From positions 165,843 through 229,842 of the forward strand of contig CAZDIP010000002.1 in NCBI GenBank assembly GCA_964505635.1: a stretch of 64,000 nt of DNA, in the 5' to 3' direction. Positions 58,512-64,000 of the stretch are shown here, in pieces (the stretch's first letter is position 1; each line of letters starts with the position of its first letter). This stretch comes from an uncultured Candidatus Saccharibacteria bacterium (lineage in GTDB: Bacteria; Patescibacteriota; Doudnabacteria; UBA920). The position numbers and the translations under genes are program-made. Below the pieces are notes generated by a model, which made no database searches, was not told where the DNA came from, and saw only the letters and a program-made list of their open reading frames with translations.

Positions 58512-58907
58512 TTATTCTTCCTCAATTTGTTCAACAGCAGGTTTTTTCCCGTTTGCGTTATTGTTTCCCATAACGCACTTACCTGAAAATATTGCCCCGT
58601 CTTCTACCCGCAAAATTTGGCAATTTATATCCCCTGTAATTTTTGAAGTACCCTGAAGGATTAAATGGCCCATAATTTTTAGATTGCCTTGAATTTCCCC
58701 GCCAATTACAGCATTGCCGGCTTGCACATCAGCTAAAATTTTTGCGCCTTCGTTAATAAAAACGCCTTGGCTGGTTTTAACTTTGCCGTTGACTTGGCCT
58801 TCAATTTTGATGTTTCCTTCTGAGTTTAAATCCCCCTGGATTTTTACTGAAGGCCCGACCACGGTTTCTGCCGCGGCGCTTAGGTTTTCGTCAAATGTTT
58901 TCTCCAT
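58512..58907 (-). CDS. bactofilin family cytoskeletal protein
   Basis: repetitive beta-helical pattern VVGPSVKIQGDLNSEGNIKIEGQVNGKV... Confidence 0.75.
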   Translation of the reverse strand: MEKTFDENLSAAAETVVGPSVKIQGDLNSEGNIKIEGQVNGKVKTSQGVFINEGAKILADVQAGNAVIGGEIQGNLKIMGHLILQGTSKITGDINCQILRVEDGAIFSGKCVMGNNNANGKKPAVEQIEEE

Positions 58908-58943
58908 ATCAGCTCCTTTTTATGCATCAATAAGATGCGGTGG

Positions 58944-59438
58944 TTAATTTAGTGGGTTGGTTGCTGCCATTGCTATGGCTTTAAGTTCTTCTTCCGTAAG
59001 TTTTTGTTCACTAACGCCTTTTATAAGCTTTTTAATATAAATGCGGTTTTGTTCCCTGCCGTGCATGGAAGTTAAGATTAAGCCGCTTGAATTATTATCT
59101 AGCATTGCCAGACAAAAACTGAAATTTCCTCCGCCGTCGGCAAAGGGGTTAAACCTGATTAGGCCTACTTTTTGCACCGCAAACTGCAGCTGCTTGCGCA
59201 GCTCTTCCAGCTGGCTTTCCAAATTTATTTGGTTGTTGTGCAGTCCTTGAATATTTTCGGAAACTCGATATATTAAACTTTCCAAATTACCGGCATTTTG
59301 GCCGGAAAAAAGCGTGTTTTTAAGCCTGTAAATTTTTATAAATAAAAATCCCAACCAACCGTTTAAGGCCAAGCTTATTATGGCAAGAATCAGCGTTACT
59401 AAAGCCAAAGTTTGATAATTTTGGTTCCACATGGACAA
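58944..59438 (-). CDS. DUF4446 family protein
   Basis: N-terminal TM + coiled coil; RFNPFADGGGNFSFCLAML motif. Confidence 0.5.
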   Translation of the reverse strand: MSMWNQNYQTLALVTLILAIISLALNGWLGFLFIKIYRLKNTLFSGQNAGNLESLIYRVSENIQGLHNNQINLESQLEELRKQLQFAVQKVGLIRFNPFADGGGNFSFCLAMLDNNSSGLILTSMHGREQNRIYIKKLIKGVSEQKLTEEELKAIAMAATNPLN

Positions 59439-59503
59439 ATACTGTTAATATTGTAAAATGCTTCCGCCCTATTCTAACACCAAAAGAGGTTTGCTTTCAA
59501 ATC

Positions 59504-59764
59504 ATGAAACTGCTATTCTTGAAGGGCCGTTGTTTAAATAAAGTTACCGAATTTATGAACAATAAAACATCAAAAGAAAATGGTATCCAGGGGATTTCTG
59601 CCATTGCCGCGGAACACCGGGCTGAGTACAAAGTCATTAAGCACGATTTAGTAAGGCTTTTTTTATTGAATTTAGTTTACCTGGCAGCCGTGTTATTTTT
59701 GTATTCTTATGAGCAAAAAACTGGGTTTTTATCGGAATGGTTAAGCAAAATACTTAAGTTTTAA
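59504..59764 (+). CDS. small hypothetical membrane protein
   Basis: 86-aa ORF with one TM. Confidence 0.3.
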   Translation: MKLLFLKGRCLNKVTEFMNNKTSKENGIQGISAIAAEHRAEYKVIKHDLVRLFLLNLVYLAAVLFLYSYEQKTGFLSEWLSKILKF

Positions 59765-59849
59765 TAGCTCTTATTTTTGCCTCGGATTTCGGGGCTTTTT
59801 CTTTTATCCCAAGAATGTGATAGTATATATCATATACGATATAATTTTT

Positions 59850-60026
59850 ATGAGCCTCCGTCGAATACCACGGCTAAAGCCTCAGATGAAGGCGGAACGG
59901 ATTACTTATATCATTAACACATCCATACTGCTTCGGCCGGTTCCAAAGAAATTAGGCTGATAAACCCGCCGAAGCTTTAGCGAAGGCGGGTATGGATGGC
60001 ACACGGCTTTAGCCGTGGGAGTCCAT
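59850..60026 (+). ncRNA. structured 5' leader RNA of HTH-murA (riboswitch/attenuator-like, class unknown)
   Basis: long-range helix CCACGGCUAAAGCC (59866-59879)/GGCUUUAGCCGUGG (60004-60017), helix CAUCCAUAC/GUAUGGAUG, and mutually exclusive pairings UGCUUCGGC/GCCGAAGC vs CCCGCC/GGCGGG adjacent to the RBS GGGAG. Confidence 0.4.
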
Positions 60027-61538
60027 ATGACTGAACAAGAAAAAATCGGGCAGTTTGTTTTTCAAATAAGAGAACAAAAGGGCCTGACTCAATCAGAATT
60101 TGCAAAAAGGCTTAAAACCAGCCAATCGGCGGTGGCTCGCATGGAAAAGGGTCAACAAAATTTTTCTACCGAAATGCTGGCTAAAATCAGCGGAGTTTTG
60201 GGTAAAGATATAATCACCCTTTCCGGAGATTCCTTGAGTTTTAAAATTACGGGGGGATTTAAACTCTCGGGACGCGTTTTTACCAACGCCTCAAAAAACG
60301 CCGCTTTAGGCCTTTTGTGCGCTTCGCTGCTTAATAAAGGCGTAACAACTTTAAAGAACCTCCCAAAAATAGAGGAAATTTTTAGATTTATTGAGGTTTT
60401 GCAAAGTATTGGGGTATTGTTGAAATGGGATGGCGCGGATTTAATTATTAAACCCCCTAAAAGGTTTTTAATTAAGAATTTAGACAAGGATGCGGCTGTT
60501 AAAACCCGGAGTGTAATAATGTTGATGGGCCCCCTCGCGCATTTTGTTAAAAATTTTTCCCTGCCCTTTGCCGGAGGTTGCAAGTTGGGAGAAAGAACGG
60601 CAGCTCCCCACCTGCTCGCGTTGGAGTCTATGGGAGTTGAGGTTAAAACCGTTCACGATCATTATGAAATTACATGCGGAAAGCTTCGGCCGGCGGAGTT
60701 TGTTTTATATGAAATGGGAGATACTGTGACGGAAAATGCCATTATGGCCGCGGCGTTAATTCCGGGCAAGACTGTAATTAAGCTGGCCTCCAGTAACTAT
60801 ATGGTGCAGGATGTTTGTTTGTTTTTACAAGCCTTGGGGGTAAAAATTGAGGGTTTGGGAACATCCACTTTGGCCATACATGGTGTGCCGGAAATTAATA
60901 AAGACGTGACTTTTAGCGTTATGGAAGACCCGATTGAGTCAATGATGTTTCTTACCATAGCCGCTTTGACTGAGTCGGCGATTATAATAGAAAAGTGTCC
61001 GATTGATTTTTTGCAGATGGAATTATTCAAAATGCGAAAAATGGGGTTTAAATATAAAATACTCAAGAGCTATAAGTCAGCCAATAATTATACCAACTTG
61101 GCTGATATACAGACTTTTCCTTCCCGGCTTGTTGCCGCTGATGTAAAAATTCATCCCCTGCCTTCTAACGCAGGCATAAACATAGATAACTTGCCATTTT
61201 TTGTTCCCTTGGCGGCAAAAGCCGAGGGCAAAACCTTAATTCACGATTGGGTTTATGAAAACAGGGCAATATATTATTTAGAGTTAAATAAATTGCGCGC
61301 AAATGTTACCCTGTTAGACGCACATCGGGTTATAGTAGAAGGGCCGACTGAATTAAAGGCCGCCGAGGTTATTTGTCCTCCGGCTTTGCGGCCGGCTGCC
61401 GTGATTTTAATTGCCATGCTTGCGGCTAAAGGTACTTCCATTTTAAGAAATGTTTACTCAATTTCCAGGGGCTATGAAGATTTAGCCTCCCGCTTGGCAA
61501 AATTAGGAGCAAAAATTGAAGTTATAAAAGGAATTTAA
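60027..61538 (+). CDS. murA: UDP-N-acetylglucosamine 1-carboxyvinyltransferase with N-terminal XRE-type HTH domain
   Basis: N-terminal ~65 aa IGQFVFQIREQKGLTQSEFAKRLKTSQSAVARMEKG (Cro/C1 HTH); MurA core KITGGFKLSGRVFTNASKNAALGLL and the catalytic Cys loop FAGGCKLGERTAAPH. Confidence 0.85.
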   Translation: MTEQEKIGQFVFQIREQKGLTQSEFAKRLKTSQSAVARMEKGQQNFSTEMLAKISGVLGKDIITLSGDSLSFKITGGFKLSGRVFTNASKNAALGLLCASLLNKGVTTLKNLPKIEEIFRFIEVLQSIGVLLKWDGADLIIKPPKRFLIKNLDKDAAVKTRSVIMLMGPLAHFVKNFSLPFAGGCKLGERTAAPHLLALESMGVEVKTVHDHYEITCGKLRPAEFVLYEMGDTVTENAIMAAALIPGKTVIKLASSNYMVQDVCLFLQALGVKIEGLGTSTLAIHGVPEINKDVTFSVMEDPIESMMFLTIAALTESAIIIEKCPIDFLQMELFKMRKMGFKYKILKSYKSANNYTNLADIQTFPSRLVAADVKIHPLPSNAGINIDNLPFFVPLAAKAEGKTLIHDWVYENRAIYYLELNKLRANVTLLDAHRVIVEGPTELKAAEVICPPALRPAAVILIAMLAAKGTSILRNVYSISRGYEDLASRLAKLGAKIEVIKGI

Positions 61539-62110
61539 TGGACTTAATTACCTACATTTATAGCAATGAATTGTACGGGATTGTTTACGTGATTATGTTT
61601 TTTGGCATGTTTATTGATGCAAACTTGACCATACTAAGCAGTATATTTTTGTTTACCGAAAGCCATGGTATTTTTTCGCAGGCTATTTTTTTGCCTGTTA
61701 TTTTGGGAGGCTTTGCCGAGCAGTTTGTTTTGGTTTTTATTGGCTGGCACTTACGTAGTAAAGAAAAAATTGCAGTTTGGGCAGACAGGGTTGTTGGGAA
61801 ATACGACTCACATTTAACCGGGAATATTTTTCGTTCGCTTTTATTGTCAAAATTTGTTTTAGGGTTGCATCGCGCAGTGTTAATCCGCATTGGTATGTTA
61901 AAGCTTTCTTGGCAAGATTTTTTGAAAGCCACCCTGAAGTCAACTTTAATTTGGCTGTTTATTGTCGGTTTTTTAGGTTTCGCGTTTAGTAAATCCTATC
62001 AAATTTTGGCTGAATATTTTAATTATGCCGGCCTACTTTTGCTGACACTTTTTTTGGTATTTGTAATTTTGGAAATATTGGTTTCTAGAAAACTGAAAAA
62101 AGACATTTAA
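61538..62110 (+). CDS. DedA/VTT-like membrane protein
   Basis: multi-TM 190-aa protein, start overlapping murA stop. Confidence 0.4.
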   Translation: MDLITYIYSNELYGIVYVIMFFGMFIDANLTILSSIFLFTESHGIFSQAIFLPVILGGFAEQFVLVFIGWHLRSKEKIAVWADRVVGKYDSHLTGNIFRSLLLSKFVLGLHRAVLIRIGMLKLSWQDFLKATLKSTLIWLFIVGFLGFAFSKSYQILAEYFNYAGLLLLTLFLVFVILEILVSRKLKKDI

Positions 62111-62189
62111 AGGTCTTTACTGAAGTTGGATTTTTAGTATAAAATTACTCAAACGTTAAATATTGGGTTATAAAAATTTTGTTTGTTTG

Positions 62190-62263
62190 GGGCCTATGGT
62201 CCAGTGGTAAGACGTGGCATTCGCATTGCCAAGACGCGAGTTCGATTCTCGCTAGGTCCACCA
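62190..62263 (+). tRNA. tRNA-Ala (anticodon CGC)
   Basis: G3.U70 identity pair, anticodon loop uuCGCau, CCA. Confidence 0.85.
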
Positions 62264-62288
62264 AAAACTCCCCTTTGCGGGAGTTTTT
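62264..62288 (+). terminator. rho-independent terminator
   Basis: aaaaactcccc-tttgc-gggagttttt. Confidence 0.55.
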
Positions 62289-62306
62289 AAATGCTATACT
62301 TTAAAT

Positions 62307-62777
62307 ATGTATAAAATTAAAATTATTGTCTTAGGAAAATTTAAAGAAAAAGCTTACAAGGAATTAGAAGCAGAATTTTTGAAACGTCTCTCCCCTTTTG
62401 CGAAGATTTCAGTTTTGGAACTGGCTGAAATTGGGTACGGAAAAAACCCTGACTTAGATAAAGTTAAACAACAGGAAGCGCAAAAAATTATTAAGTCTTT
62501 ACCGACTAATTCAATAATAATTTTACTGGAAGAAAAGGGCACCTTAAGGGATAGTAAAGATTTTTCAAAGTTTATAGAACGCGTGGGCTCGTTGGGCAAA
62601 GAACTGGTTTTCGTGATAGGCAGCGGAATTGGTCTTCATTCATCGCTTAAAGAATATGCCAATTACTCAATTTCACTTTCTCCCCTAACCTTCCCTCACA
62701 ACCTGGCTAGAATAATTTTAGAAGAGCAGTTATACCGGGCTTGCATGATTTTGGGAAATAGAGAATACCACAAATAG
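62307..62777 (+). CDS. rlmH: 23S rRNA (pseudouridine1915-N3)-methyltransferase
   Basis: SPOUT-class RlmH size and pattern (IIVLGK...LVFVIGSGIGLH). Confidence 0.85.
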   Translation: MYKIKIIVLGKFKEKAYKELEAEFLKRLSPFAKISVLELAEIGYGKNPDLDKVKQQEAQKIIKSLPTNSIIILLEEKGTLRDSKDFSKFIERVGSLGKELVFVIGSGIGLHSSLKEYANYSISLSPLTFPHNLARIILEEQLYRACMILGNREYHK

Positions 62778-62835
62778 TTATTAGTTAGTAGCCTTTAGTT
62801 TTTAGAACAGCCACCACCAATCGGTGGTTGTTTTG

Positions 62836-63246
62836 TTAAAACCAAGTAGATTTTTTGTATTCTAAATACTCGTCAGAAAATTTTTTCAATAAAACTTTTT
62901 CTTCTAAATGTGACCTAATAAATTGAAGTATTATTACTGCTATCAGTAAAATATACATCCACCATAAATTGTACATAATACATACCCCCGCGATTGCTAT
63001 AGTGGAAGCCAGGTAAATTGGGTGCCTTATCTTTTTATAAACACCATTTTTTACTAAAAATCTGGCTTGTGGTGTTATGGAAAAAGCTTGCCCCAGCGTT
63101 ATTCTGGCATTTAACCAAATATAAATTCCCACTGCGGATAAAATTCCCGCAAGAATTTTTCTTGTGCTAATTCCTAGATAGAAGGAATATATTATTGAAG
63201 TAATAACAATAATAATATCTGCTACATTTCCTCTTATTTTATTCAT
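62836..63246 (-). CDS. isoprenylcysteine carboxyl methyltransferase (ICMT)/phospholipid methyltransferase family protein
   Basis: GVYKKIRHPIYLA motif, 4 TM. Confidence 0.75.
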   Translation of the reverse strand: MNKIRGNVADIIIVITSIIYSFYLGISTRKILAGILSAVGIYIWLNARITLGQAFSITPQARFLVKNGVYKKIRHPIYLASTIAIAGVCIMYNLWWMYILLIAVIILQFIRSHLEEKVLLKKFSDEYLEYKKSTWF

Positions 63247-64000
63247 AATTCATTTTTAGCAGCGATTATGCCCAAAAATACCCAAAGCAGCATTTGGGAT
63301 TGCTGTAAAGTGTAAAAATAGTGGTCAAAAAACATCAAAATTAGAAAAACAAACAGAATAGTGGTAAGTAGTAAGAAGTAAGCAGTAAATTGGAATTCTT
63401 TAGAAGATTTTAATTTATAGATTATAGATTTTAGATGGCAAAGGAAGATTCCAATTAAAATTAAAGCTGCCGGAATGCCTAATTCAGCGGCAGAGAGTAA
63501 AAAATAGTTGTGGATTGGTTGTTTTTGCCAAGGTTGTAGCGTTTTTTGGCTATATGGTTCCATGTGAAGCACTCCCTCCCCTGCCCCAACGCCAATAATT
63601 GGCTTGGCTTTAATTATTTTTAGGGCAATGCTATTGTATTCAACCCTTTCAAAATAGGCATTATCTTTAATTGAAGCTCGCGAAAATAAATACGGATAAA
63701 ACAAGAACGATGAAAATACTACTGAAAGAATAATAACAATAATTGCCGTAGTGGATTTAATCCAAAACCCATTATTTTTGAGCTTTATTAGAAGGAATAG
63801 AAAGAATAAAATTAATCCTAAAGCTAAACCTAAATATGCTGCACGTGAAAACGTAACAGTTAGGCCTAAAATATTGAGAAAAGTGATAATTGCCCAGTAA
63901 ATTTGAGCTTTTCTTTCTGAATTTATAAGTTTATAGACACCAAAAAATATAGCTATCAATAAAAATACAGCTAAAACATTAGGATGAGGAAATGTCCCGT
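63243..64000 (-). CDS. O-antigen ligase/polymerase family membrane protein (5' end beyond window)
   Basis: multi-TM with Wzy_C-like loop; reading frame stays open to the window edge. Confidence 0.5.
   Translation of the reverse strand, partial: GTFPHPNVLAVFLLIAIFFGVYKLINSERKAQIYWAIITFLNILGLTVTFSRAAYLGLALGLILFFLFLLIKLKNNGFWIKSTTAIIVIILSVVFSSFLFYPYLFSRASIKDNAYFERVEYNSIALKIIKAKPIIGVGAGEGVLHMEPYSQKTLQPWQKQPIHNYFLLSAAELGIPAALILIGIFLCHLKSIIYKLKSSKEFQFTAYFLLLTTILFVFLILMFFDHYFYTLQQSQMLLWVFLGIIAAKNEL

Overview
This is a low-GC bacterial chromosomal segment whose gene content suggests a small-genome, uncultivated lineage (Patescibacteria/CPR-like; inference). It contains the replication-origin neighbourhood (rpmH-rnpA-yidD-yidC-jag divergent from dnaA-dnaN-recF-DUF721-rsmE) together with polA, pilB, tsaE, ruvB, a bifunctional class A PBP, tyrS, ruvC-yebC, rsmI, gyrA, rpsA, an arginine-decarboxylase-like gene, infB-rbfA-nrnA, bactofilin, an HTH-murA fusion, rlmH and nine tRNAs. 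One tRNA is a tRNA-Phe split by a ~216-nt group I intron, and another is a tRNA-Ile with a UAU anticodon. The most unusual locus is a ~6.5-kb co-directional operon (29691-36170) that looks like a split rifampin-phosphotransferase/PEP-synthase-type kinase. It has one stand-alone ATP-grasp (PPDK_N-type) module followed by four tandem, diverged paralogs that each carry a substrate-binding-like region fused to a C-terminal phospho-histidine swivel domain. Other notable items are four GC-rich islands in an AT-rich background (a PEP-CTERM protein, a histidine-phosphatase-family protein, a hypothetical protein plus upp, and one ORF-poor island); GC-rich palindromic in-frame insertions in polA and the ATP-grasp gene; a PaaX-like regulator bracketed by two GTAC...TAACGGCCGTTA...GTAC palindromes; direct repeats of the tRNA-Gly 3' end; a structured leader RNA upstream of HTH-murA; and a toxin-antitoxin pair with a perfect 20-bp operator palindrome inside the ruvC-yebC operon. 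No rRNA genes or CRISPR arrays were seen.
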